Assembly: GCA_035324355.1 (NCBI GenBank)
Contig: DAOLBU010000002.1
Location: forward strand, 1-51,197
Reading direction: 5' to 3'
DNA: 51,197 bases
Source of the DNA: Minisyncoccota bacterium
Lineage (GTDB): Bacteria; Patescibacteriota; Minisyncoccia; Phycocordibacterales; UBA918
A program made the position numbers and the translations under genes. Below, piece by piece: positions 36,603-45,191 of the stretch; positions within the stretch are counted from its first letter, which is position 1; each line of letters begins with the position of its first letter. The notes under the pieces are model-generated. The model made no database searches, was not told the DNA's origin, and saw nothing but the letters and a program-made list of their open reading frames with translations.

Positions 36603-36737
36603 AAAAGGCATTCTACCATTTAAATTTCACTAACAATAATTTTATATAACTGAAGCTTTGAGTAATTTGTTACATCTCCTTTGAGGACTTGTGACTAAAT
36701 GCAACTTTTTTTACTGCAGTTAAGTATTATTCTATAT

Positions 36738-37454
36738 ATGAATAAAAAAACCATTGTGATCTCTGGGGGGTTTGATCCCATCCATCCTGGGCATATTGCT
36801 ATGATTGAATCTGCCCGAGAATACGGAGACGTACATATTGTAGTTAATAGTGATGATTGGTTGGTGAGGAAAAAAGGATTTTTCTTTCAACCTTGGACCG
36901 ATAGAAAAAAGATCCTAGAAGCCTACACACCCCATGTTCATGCGGTCGATGATACTGACGGTACTGTCTGCGAGGCTCTGAGGCGTATTAAGCCGGATTA
37001 TTTTGGTAATGGGGGAGATAGAACTAATAAAAATACCCCAGAGCTTGACGTGTGTGCTGATTTAGGTATTACTCCGGTCTTTGAGCTTGGGGGCGGTAAG
37101 TACAGTTCGAGTTCAACAATTAATGGGCGACAAAGAGTGCCCACTAGATGGGGTTCTTATGATGTGCTTTTAGATATGCCACAGTTGAAGGTAAAAATAC
37201 TTAATATTGAAGCTGGAAAAAAGTTGTCGCTACAACGACATGAAAAGCGAAGTGAGTTCTTTTTTACACCCCATGGGGAAGTGAGAGTGAATTTGCCGGG
37301 AGTGTGGCATGCGCCACATGCACCGGAAAATGAAGCACTGACTATCCTGGAGGTACAGGTAGGGGCTTCTGAAGAGGGTGATATTGATCGAATTTCTGAA
37401 GATTCGGAGGATTTTGAGGAAGAGCTAGGAAAGAAGATCCACTTGAATAAATAG
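36738..37454 (+). CDS. fusion protein: HIGH-motif cytidylyltransferase-fold nucleotidyltransferase + ManC-type (mannose-6-P isomerase type II) cupin
   Basis: N-terminal part: VISGGFDPIHPGHIAMIE (HxGH). C-terminal part: RWGSYDVLLD..VKILNIEAGKKLSLQRHEKRSEFFF..ILEVQVG..GDIDRISE, which resembles the C-terminus of ManC/CpsB. ATG 36738 is preferred. Confidence 0.65.
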   Translation: MNKKTIVISGGFDPIHPGHIAMIESAREYGDVHIVVNSDDWLVRKKGFFFQPWTDRKKILEAYTPHVHAVDDTDGTVCEALRRIKPDYFGNGGDRTNKNTPELDVCADLGITPVFELGGGKYSSSSTINGRQRVPTRWGSYDVLLDMPQLKVKILNIEAGKKLSLQRHEKRSEFFFTPHGEVRVNLPGVWHAPHAPENEALTILEVQVGASEEGDIDRISEDSEDFEEELGKKIHLNK

Positions 37455-37559
37455 GCTACGTCTACCGGATCTCGTCTGCTTAATGCCGTGTTGACTTCTC
37501 GCTGTGATAGCAAGACGGATGTTTTTACCCTTCGTCTAGAGTATGGTCACTTTTGAAAT

Positions 37560-39767
37560 ATGGTATATTGGCGCCATATGCAAGATTTTTTAAAAGTGGT
37601 GGTGTATGGAGGATTGTTTGCGGTGCCGTTTTTAACATTATATGTAGCTAATGATTATTTCTTTCCCTTTATTACCGGAAAGAATTTTGCTTTTAGAATA
37701 ATTGTCGAAGTTGTGTTTGCTGCTTGGGCGGTCCTGTGTCTTCTTGACGTTAAGTATCGCCCTAAATTTTCTTGGATCTTATCAAGCTTCAGTGCTCTGC
37801 TTATTGTGATGTTCTTTGCCAATCTCTTTGGTCAGCATCCTGAGTCTAGTTTCTGGAGCAATTTTGAGCGAATGGATGGCTATGTCACGCTCGTGCACAT
37901 TTTCCTTTACGGTGTTGTCTTGGGTAGCGTGATGACTACGAAACAGTCTTGGAGCTGGTATCTACACGCTACTTTATTAGCTGCTTTTATCACTGCCCTG
38001 TATGGGGTGGCGCAGTACTCGGGTATGGTAGAAGGGTTTGAAAATAGACGAATGGAAAGTTTCCTCGGTAATGCCGCCTACCTATCTATCTACATGCTCT
38101 TCCATATCTTCATTGCTTTTTGGATGTTTGTGGAGAGTAAGGTGACACTTCATCGTGTGGTATATATTTTGTTAGCCGTACTTTTCACATACGCTTTAAT
38201 GTACTCTGGAACTCGTGGTACGGTATTAGGTTTTGGAGTGGGACTAGGTGCGATGGTCACGTACATTATGTTTTTTGGAGCAAAGTATCGTGAGTTTCGT
38301 AAGTATGCTATTGGCGCCTTTATCTTTTTGGCTTTAGGAGCTGGGACTTTAATCTTAGGCAAAGAAGCAGATTTTATCCAAAAAAACGGCAGTTTGTCTA
38401 GAATTGCCAACATTAACCTCTCAGAAGACTTAAAGGTGCGGGGGACCATTTGGGGGATGGCCTGGGAAGGTGTCAAAGAGCGACCAGTCTTAGGCTGGGG
38501 TCAGGGTAACTTTAATTACGTCTTTAACGAACAGTATGACCCGTTCTTGTTCAATCAAGAGCAGTGGTTTGACCGAGCACACAGTATTGTCTTTGATTGG
38601 TTGATTGCTGGCGGTTTCTTGGGCTTGATAGCGTATCTCGGGATATTTGTGGCTTGTGGTTATTATCTTTTCCTCCAGCCCTTACTAAAGAAAGACGATG
38701 CGACCTTTACTGTTTTAGAGCGGGGAGTGCTGTTGGGTATTTTAGTGGGGTACTTCACCCACAACCTAGTGGTGTTTGACAACATCGTAAGTTACATCTT
38801 CTTTGGTCTAATATTGGCTCTAATCCATAGTCGTGTAGCTCAGGTGATGCCGGCAGTGCAAAAATTTAAAGTAGACCAGAATCTAGTAAATCAATTCATC
38901 GCCCCGGTAGCTGCTGTTTTGGTGATAGCTATTATCTACACTACTCAAGTACCTGGCATGTTGGCTGCTGGCGATCTCATTGATGGTTACCAAGCTCAAG
39001 ATCCAAAAGTACGCCTTGAGGCCTTTAAGCGGGCAATAAATCGGGACTCTTTTGCTAGGCAGGAAGTAGTAGAGCAAATTGCTCAGCAGGCGATGAATAT
39101 TGCTCGTGATACGCGGGTAGAAGAAAGTGTGAGGCAAGAGTATGTTGAATTAGCTATTAAACAACTTGATGAACTGGCTGTATATAAGCCAGGAGATGCT
39201 CGTATCCATGTTTTTATGGGGACATTTTACCGAGCGGTCGGTGACTTAAATAAAGCTGCTGAGCAAATGCAAATTGCCCATGAACTTTCACCTTTGAAAC
39301 AATCAATTATTTCACAGCAAGCCATCATTGCTTACAGTCAAGGTAATATCGAACAAGCCCGAGATATGTTTGCTGAAGCTTTGGCTCTCGACGATCGAAA
39401 TACCGAGGCGAGAGAATATTATGCGGCCATGCTCTTCCTAAATAACCAAGTTGAGGAAGCAAAAGCTTTGGTGGTAGATGAAGCAACTCTTAAAGGTTTT
39501 GCCGCTAATGACTTCTTGCTTAGTGCGGTCAATCAAGTAAAGGAATATCCTTTTATGATTGAACTTTATAAAATAAAAATTGAACAAAATCCAGAAAATG
39601 AACAAAGTTGGGCATCACTAGCGTTCCTCTACAGCGCGGTCGGAAATAAGGAAGCGGCGGTCGCTACTTTACGCGAGGCGGCTATCAAGCGACCCACATT
39701 TGCTAAGAAAGCTAATTGTATCGCTAATAACATTGAGGCTGACAGGAATCCAGAAGAAGGTTGCTAA
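37560..39767 (+). CDS. O-antigen ligase/polymerase-like (Wzy_C domain) polytopic membrane protein with a C-terminal TPR domain
   Basis: About 10 or more TM helices, YSGTRGTVLGFGVG and RAHSIVFDWLIAGGFLGLIAYL (conserved His region). The C-terminal ~280 aa is TPR-like. An alternative start exists at ATG 37578. Confidence 0.7.
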   Translation: MVYWRHMQDFLKVVVYGGLFAVPFLTLYVANDYFFPFITGKNFAFRIIVEVVFAAWAVLCLLDVKYRPKFSWILSSFSALLIVMFFANLFGQHPESSFWSNFERMDGYVTLVHIFLYGVVLGSVMTTKQSWSWYLHATLLAAFITALYGVAQYSGMVEGFENRRMESFLGNAAYLSIYMLFHIFIAFWMFVESKVTLHRVVYILLAVLFTYALMYSGTRGTVLGFGVGLGAMVTYIMFFGAKYREFRKYAIGAFIFLALGAGTLILGKEADFIQKNGSLSRIANINLSEDLKVRGTIWGMAWEGVKERPVLGWGQGNFNYVFNEQYDPFLFNQEQWFDRAHSIVFDWLIAGGFLGLIAYLGIFVACGYYLFLQPLLKKDDATFTVLERGVLLGILVGYFTHNLVVFDNIVSYIFFGLILALIHSRVAQVMPAVQKFKVDQNLVNQFIAPVAAVLVIAIIYTTQVPGMLAAGDLIDGYQAQDPKVRLEAFKRAINRDSFARQEVVEQIAQQAMNIARDTRVEESVRQEYVELAIKQLDELAVYKPGDARIHVFMGTFYRAVGDLNKAAEQMQIAHELSPLKQSIISQQAIIAYSQGNIEQARDMFAEALALDDRNTEAREYYAAMLFLNNQVEEAKALVVDEATLKGFAANDFLLSAVNQVKEYPFMIELYKIKIEQNPENEQSWASLAFLYSAVGNKEAAVATLREAAIKRPTFAKKANCIANNIEADRNPEEGC

Positions 39768-39785
39768 TTTTATGGCTTCCGTCTT

Positions 39786-40811
39786 ATGGCTCTTGTAATC
39801 GAAGAAAATGTTAATTTAGCAAAATATAGTACCTTACAGACAGGAGGGGCGGCGCGGTATTTTGTAAGGGTGAGTAGTGAGGAAGAGGTTAAACAGGCAG
39901 CGAGTTTTGCGCAGCAAAACTCGCTGCTTGTTTTGTGTTTGGGCGGCGGATCTAATGTATTGATTGCTGATGAGGGTTTTGCTGGGCTGGTTATTCTCAA
40001 TGAACTTAAAGGTAGAGAATACCAACATAACAATGATGAAGTAACTTTAGTGTGTGGCGCGGGCGAAGTCTTAGATGAAGTGGTGGCAGAAACTGTCGCT
40101 CGGGGTTACTGGGGACTAGAAAATCTTTCAGCTATTCCAGGGACTGTGGGAGCGACTCCTATCCAAAATGTGGGGGCGTATGGAGTGGAGGTGGCGCAAT
40201 TGATTACTAAAGTGGAAACGATGAATCTTGTTAGTGGAGAGAAAAAAATATTTTCAAAGGTTGAATGTAATTTTGGTTATCGTGATTCTTTTTTCAAAAC
40301 TAGTGAAGGAAAAAAATATTTTATTACCCACGTTCACTTTACTTTGAAAAAAAATTCAACAGCAAAGATAAATTATCTTGATCTCCAAAAATATTTTGTC
40401 GATACTACTCCAACCTTAGCCGACATTCGAAAAGCCATAACATTAATTCGATCACAAAAGTTTCCTGATTGGAAAGTAGTGGGCACTGCTGGATCATTTT
40501 TTAAAAATCCCTTTGTGACGGCCAAGGAGGCAGAACGTCTGCTGGCCTTATATCCTGATTTACCGACCTACGAAGCTGAACCAGGATTAGTGAAAATACC
40601 CTTAGGATACGTGTTAGATAAGCTTTGTGGGCTTAAAGGTTATCGGTCGGGTGCGGTCGGTCTTTTTCAAGCGCAGGCTTTGGTTTTGGTTAACTACGGT
40701 GGAGCAACTACTAGTGAAATAAAAAACTTTGCAGCGGAGATTGCGGAAAAAGTTTTTGCTAAAACTAAAATTATAATTTCACCAGAAGTAACTTACGTCA
40801 GTGTTGAATAA
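39786..40811 (+). CDS. murB: UDP-N-acetylmuramate dehydrogenase
   Basis: LAKYSTLQTGGAARYF, LGGGSNVL, IPGTVGATPIQNVGAYG, FGYRDSFFK and AGSFFKNP. Confidence 0.88.
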   Translation: MALVIEENVNLAKYSTLQTGGAARYFVRVSSEEEVKQAASFAQQNSLLVLCLGGGSNVLIADEGFAGLVILNELKGREYQHNNDEVTLVCGAGEVLDEVVAETVARGYWGLENLSAIPGTVGATPIQNVGAYGVEVAQLITKVETMNLVSGEKKIFSKVECNFGYRDSFFKTSEGKKYFITHVHFTLKKNSTAKINYLDLQKYFVDTTPTLADIRKAITLIRSQKFPDWKVVGTAGSFFKNPFVTAKEAERLLALYPDLPTYEAEPGLVKIPLGYVLDKLCGLKGYRSGAVGLFQAQALVLVNYGGATTSEIKNFAAEIAEKVFAKTKIIISPEVTYVSVE

Positions 40812-40991
40812 GAAATAAAATATAAATAATAATTTTTTTCATTTTCTTATCCACATATTTTTTTTCTAAAAGCGATTGTATAAATTTTTTTCTCGAGTGA
40901 TAATAGAGTTAAGCAAAAATCTTCTCTCATTTTTGTTCTTTCCTTCGAGAAGATATTGCGGTCGAATTTATTCACCAAACTCTCATCACAT

Positions 40992-41129
40992 ATGGCAACA
41001 AAGAAAAAGGCTGCTAAGAAAGTAGCAAAGAAGACCGCAAAAAAAGCAGCGCCAAAGAAGACAGTAAAAAAGACTGTAAAGAAGGCTGCAAAGAAGGCAG
41101 CGCCAAAGCGAAAAGGATCAAAAAAGTAA
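40992..41129 (+). CDS. 45-aa Lys/Ala-rich basic protein (histone H1-like/Hc-like nucleoid protein candidate)
   Basis: My own translation: MATKKKAAKKVAKKTAKKAAPKKTVKKTVKKAAKKAAPKRKGSKK*. It is followed by a strong terminator. It is too short for the ORF track, which instead lists its antisense shadow (40847..41152). Confidence 0.5.
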   Translation: MATKKKAAKKVAKKTAKKAAPKKTVKKTVKKAAKKAAPKRKGSKK

Positions 41130-41174
41130 TACCACGAGATGGAACTTTCCATCTCAAGGTAAGACTGATTGCTT

Positions 41175-41204
41175 AATCACCCTTCGGGGTGATTTTGCTT
41201 TTTT
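41175..41204 (+). terminator. rho-independent terminator
   Basis: AATCACCC-TTCG-GGGTGATT (8-bp stem, UUCG tetraloop) followed by TTGCTTTTTT. Confidence 0.65.
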
Positions 41205-41240
41205 GTAATTCTGGCAGAGAGTGTATATACTAGGCCTATT

Positions 41241-43772
41241 ATGTCATTTTTAGATAGATTTTTTGGTCCTACTTACGAGAAAGCCCTCAAAAGCGTAACA
41301 CCACTGGTGACGGCAATAAACAAGCTGGAGCCTACTTATAGTGCTTTAGACGAGGCGCAAATTAAGGATGAGGTAAACAATTTGAAAAGCCGATTAGCTA
41401 AGGGTGAGACTCTCGATGATGTTTTGGTTGAGGCTTTTGCTTTGACTAGAGAAGCTTCTAAACGGACACTAGGTCTGCGTCACTATGATGTGCAGCTGAT
41501 CGGAGGAGTGATGCTCCATCGGGGCAAGATTACCGAGATGCGTACGGGTGAAGGTAAGACATTGGTAGGAACGCTTCCAGCTAGTCTAAATGCCTTGTCG
41601 GGTAAGGGAGTGCATGTAGTGACAGTAAACGATTACCTATCGCGCCGCGATGCTGTGTGGATGGGGCAAGTGTACTCAGCGTTAGGTTTGACCGTGGGTG
41701 TGATTAACCATGACGCATCGTTTCTCTATGATCCAAATCATCAAGAAGTTGATGAGCTGCGCGACGAGGTTGGGTCTTATAAAGTCATATATGAATTCCT
41801 CCGTCCTTGCACTCGTAAAGAAGCTTACGAAGCTGATATTACTTATGGAACTAACAGTGAGTTTGGTTTTGACTTTTTGCGCGACAATATTGAGTATGAA
41901 AAAGAACATCTACGACAACGCGGACATCAGTACGCCATTATTGACGAGATCGACTCTATTTTAATTGATGAAGCTCGAACCCCGTTGATTATTTCTGCTC
42001 CAGCGAATGATTCTGAAAACCTGTATGGCACCTTTGCACAAATCGCCCGGACGCTAAAAATTGAAGAGCACTTCACTGTTGATGAAAAATTAAAGAGTGC
42101 AACTCTGACAGATGCCGGTATTGAGGTCGCCGAAAAAATGTTAGGGGTAGATAATATTTATACTGAGAAGGGAATTAAATTTGTACATCACTTAGAGACA
42201 GCAGTGAAAGCGAAGGCGCTTTACACTAAGGATAAAGAATACGTAGTGCGTGAAGGAGAGGTGGTGATTGTCGATGAGTTTACCGGAAGATTACAACCGG
42301 GACGACGTTGGTCTGATGGACTACATCAAGCGGTGGAAGCTAAAGAAAATGTGGCTATTCAACGGGAATCTAAGACTTTTGCGTCTATCACTTACCAAAA
42401 CTATTTCCGAATGTACGGCAAGCTTTCAGGTATGACCGGTACGGCCTTAACTTCACAAGAAGAGTTTTTTACTGTCTACAACCTAGAAGTTATCCCAGTG
42501 CCGACTAATCGGCAGATTGCTCGTACTGACCACACTGATTTAATTTACCAAAACGAGCAGGGAAAGTTTAAAGCCATTATTGCTCGAGTAAAAGAAATTA
42601 GTGAAAAGGGGCAACCAATTTTGATTGGTACCGCTTCTATCGAAGCTAATGAACGCCTCTCAATAGCTCTTAACGAAGCTGGGGTTAAACATGAGATGTT
42701 GAACGCTAAAAACCATGAGCGGGAAGGAGAGATTATTGCTGCAGCGGGGCGAATAAAGGCAGTAACGTTAGCTACTAACATGGCTGGTCGCGGGGTCGAC
42801 ATTAAACTTGGCGGACCTGAGGCGAGCGAGGCCGAAGCTCAAGCGGTCAAAGACCTAGGTGGTTTATTCGTCTTGGGTACCGAAAGACATGAAGCGAGAC
42901 GTATCGATAATCAGCTACGAGGACGGGCGGGGAGACAAGGTGACCCAGGCGAAACCCAGTTTTTTGTCTCGATGGAGGATAACCTCATGCGGGTCTTTGG
43001 TGGGGATCGAGTACGAAACCTGATGGGAACTTTTGGGATTCCTGAGGATCAACCAATTGAAATGAAAATGCTGGCTAAAACATTGGAGAGTGCTCAGACA
43101 CGAATTGAAGGCTTTCACTTTGATGCTCGAAAGCAAATTTTGGCTTACGATGATGTGCTCAATCAGCAGCGAATGGTCGTCTATAAACGACGCAATAGTC
43201 TCTTGGTCAATGATGAGGCAGAAATTGATAATGTCTTAGCTGAGGTGAAGGAAGTTAGTGACGATGGAGGAGCCGTTATTGAAGCGAAGATTAATGAATT
43301 GGGCCAAGAAACTTTCAGAAATCTCTTTCGACGGTTGGCTTTGCAGATGATTGATACCTTGTGGGTGGAACACCTAGAAGTGATGTCTTACACTCGTTCT
43401 AGCGTCAATTTAAGGGCCTACGGACAACGTGATCCGCTGATTGAGTACCGTAAAGAGGGCATTAGACTATTTAAGGAAATGCAGGCAGTTATTCTACACC
43501 GTATAGCTGAAGTTCTACCTCGTGTTCAGCCGGTAATGGTTGAGCGTGAAGAAGCAACAATGAAGAAACAAGCAGAAGCAGCGCAGGCCGCAGCTGGTAG
43601 CATAGGCGGCAAGAGTGCTAGATCATCTGGCCCAGCTGTCAGTGATAAGAGTGCTTATGGTCGAAATGATCAAGTTACTATTACTGATGGTCAAAGTACC
43701 CAGACTCTAAAATATAAAAAAGCGGAAGACCTGCTTGCTTCCGGGTCTTGGAAGATAGTTTCTAAAGTATAA
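41241..43772 (+). CDS. secA: preprotein translocase ATPase SecA
   Basis: Unmistakable SecA motifs (MRTGEGKTLV, VTVNDYLSRRD, IIDEIDSILIDEARTPLIIS, TNMAGRGVDIKLGG, RIDNQLRGRAGRQGDPG). Confidence 0.97.
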   Translation: MSFLDRFFGPTYEKALKSVTPLVTAINKLEPTYSALDEAQIKDEVNNLKSRLAKGETLDDVLVEAFALTREASKRTLGLRHYDVQLIGGVMLHRGKITEMRTGEGKTLVGTLPASLNALSGKGVHVVTVNDYLSRRDAVWMGQVYSALGLTVGVINHDASFLYDPNHQEVDELRDEVGSYKVIYEFLRPCTRKEAYEADITYGTNSEFGFDFLRDNIEYEKEHLRQRGHQYAIIDEIDSILIDEARTPLIISAPANDSENLYGTFAQIARTLKIEEHFTVDEKLKSATLTDAGIEVAEKMLGVDNIYTEKGIKFVHHLETAVKAKALYTKDKEYVVREGEVVIVDEFTGRLQPGRRWSDGLHQAVEAKENVAIQRESKTFASITYQNYFRMYGKLSGMTGTALTSQEEFFTVYNLEVIPVPTNRQIARTDHTDLIYQNEQGKFKAIIARVKEISEKGQPILIGTASIEANERLSIALNEAGVKHEMLNAKNHEREGEIIAAAGRIKAVTLATNMAGRGVDIKLGGPEASEAEAQAVKDLGGLFVLGTERHEARRIDNQLRGRAGRQGDPGETQFFVSMEDNLMRVFGGDRVRNLMGTFGIPEDQPIEMKMLAKTLESAQTRIEGFHFDARKQILAYDDVLNQQRMVVYKRRNSLLVNDEAEIDNVLAEVKEVSDDGGAVIEAKINELGQETFRNLFRRLALQMIDTLWVEHLEVMSYTRSSVNLRAYGQRDPLIEYRKEGIRLFKEMQAVILHRIAEVLPRVQPVMVEREEATMKKQAEAAQAAAGSIGGKSARSSGPAVSDKSAYGRNDQVTITDGQSTQTLKYKKAEDLLASGSWKIVSKV

Positions 43773-43778
43773 TTATAT

Positions 43779-44111
43779 ATGAAAATAATCACTAAAATTT
43801 TACTCGTCGCTTTGGTGCTTTTGATAGTGGCAGAGTATGTTCCAGGTATTGTTGTTGAGGGTGTTTATCCAGCTATTATTGCCGCGATTGTCCTCGGGAT
43901 TTTGAATGTCATTGTTAAGCCAATTTTGTTTATCTTAACTTTGCCTATTAATATTCTGACGCTCGGACTTTTTACCTTCATTATCAATGCTAGCTTATTT
44001 TGGTTTGCCGCTACGTTTGTTGAGGGCTTCGCTGTTAGTAATTTTTGGTACGCTTTGTTCGGCTCCATCATAGTTACGGCTGTTAGCTCTTTTGCAAACC
44101 GTTACCTCTAA
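43779..44111 (+). CDS. PF04020 (DUF360 / phage holin 4_2 family) small membrane protein
   Basis: 110 aa with 3-4 TM helices and the family-typical VKPILFILTLPINILTLGLFTFIINA. Confidence 0.7.
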   Translation: MKIITKILLVALVLLIVAEYVPGIVVEGVYPAIIAAIVLGILNVIVKPILFILTLPINILTLGLFTFIINASLFWFAATFVEGFAVSNFWYALFGSIIVTAVSSFANRYL

Positions 44112-44125
44112 AACTAAACTTAAAT

Positions 44126-44171
44126 CGCGAACACAAAAAATCTCCCACAAGGGAGATTTTTTGTGTTCGCG
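44126..44171 (+). terminator. extended, bidirectional-type intrinsic terminator hairpin
   Basis: Perfect 21-bp stem: CGCGAACACAAAAAATCTCCC / loop ACAA / GGGAGATTTTTTGTGTTCGCG. The core is TCTCCC-ACAA-GGGAGA plus T6. Confidence 0.7.
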
Positions 44172-44211
44172 ATTCTGTACATGAGTGTCTAAATATGATA
44201 TCACTATGACC

Positions 44212-45180
44212 ATGTTTGTAGATCAACTAACAATTTACGCTAAAGCTGGAGATGGCGGTAACGGGGTAACTCGTTGGCGACATGAGAAATTTCGACCTTT
44301 GGCTGGCCCAGCTGGTGGTGATGGTGGGCGTGGTGGTAGCGTTATTTTACGCGCTGTTCGTGACGTTAACCTCCTAGCTAAATATACTGGTGCTAAAGAG
44401 TTTGCGGCTCAAAATGGTGGTCATGGTGAGTCAGGTAGTAAACACGGACGGAATGGAGACGACTTAATTATTGATGTTCCAGTAGGAGCAATTGTGACTG
44501 ATAAGGCTCGAAGCCGAGTTTATGAATTTTTGACGGAAGGCCATGAAGAAAGAGTATTCAAAGGTGGTGGAGGGGGTCTGGGAAATGAGCACTGTAAGTC
44601 TGCCACAAACCGTTCTCCTGAAGAAGCGACCTTAGGCCGAGTTGGAGAGGAGGGAGAGTTAGAGATTGTCCTCTCGCTCGTTGTTGATGTCGGGCTAGTT
44701 GGGATGCCAAACGCCGGGAAGTCGACACTCTTAAACAAACTCACTAATGCCCGATCAAAAGTTGGAGCCTTTCCGTTCACTACTATCGAACCTAATCTAG
44801 GTGACTTTTACGGTTTTATATTAGCGGATATTCCAGGGCTGATTGCCGGGGCTTCAACTGGCAAGGGACTTGGACACACTTTTTTGCGCCATGTATCTCG
44901 GACAAAAATGCTCTTACACTTAGTCTCACTGGAAGGGGAAGAGGCTGAAACTAGTTACAAAATCGTTCGACATGAGTTACTTGCATCCAACAAAGACTTA
45001 GCAGACAAGGAGGAGTGGATTATTTTAAGTAAAAAAGACCTTGTAAATCAAGACTACATTGACAGTGTCATAAAAACATTTGACAAATCTGAGAATCGTG
45101 TGTTTGTAATCTCTGCAGAAACAGGGGATGGCATCAAAGAGCTTAGTGATGCTCTTGTGCTTCACCTTAGACAGTCGTAA
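44212..45180 (+). CDS. obg: GTPase Obg/CgtA
   Basis: MFVDQLTIYAKAGDGGNG, GGDGGRGGSV, G1 motif GMPNAGKSTLL, and DIPGLI. ATG 44212 is preferred over GTG 44185. There is no extended C-terminal domain. Confidence 0.92.
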   Translation: MFVDQLTIYAKAGDGGNGVTRWRHEKFRPLAGPAGGDGGRGGSVILRAVRDVNLLAKYTGAKEFAAQNGGHGESGSKHGRNGDDLIIDVPVGAIVTDKARSRVYEFLTEGHEERVFKGGGGGLGNEHCKSATNRSPEEATLGRVGEEGELEIVLSLVVDVGLVGMPNAGKSTLLNKLTNARSKVGAFPFTTIEPNLGDFYGFILADIPGLIAGASTGKGLGHTFLRHVSRTKMLLHLVSLEGEEAETSYKIVRHELLASNKDLADKEEWIILSKKDLVNQDYIDSVIKTFDKSENRVFVISAETGDGIKELSDALVLHLRQS

Positions 45181-45191
45181 AATATTAGTTC

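Noticed and set aside
40847-41152. 101-aa minus-strand ORF in the track (MESSISWYYFFDPFRFGAAFFAAFF..).
   Set aside because: Its Phe/Ala-rich, low-complexity sequence is the antisense translation of the plus-strand Lys/Ala-rich 45-aa gene (AAG/AAA/GCN codons read backwards). The terminator orientation supports the plus-strand gene.
43779-44111. Phage holin / lysis cassette.
   Set aside because: The PF04020 family is nominally a 'holin' family but is widespread as a chromosomal small membrane protein. No endolysin or spanin is adjacent, and it lies between secA and obg.
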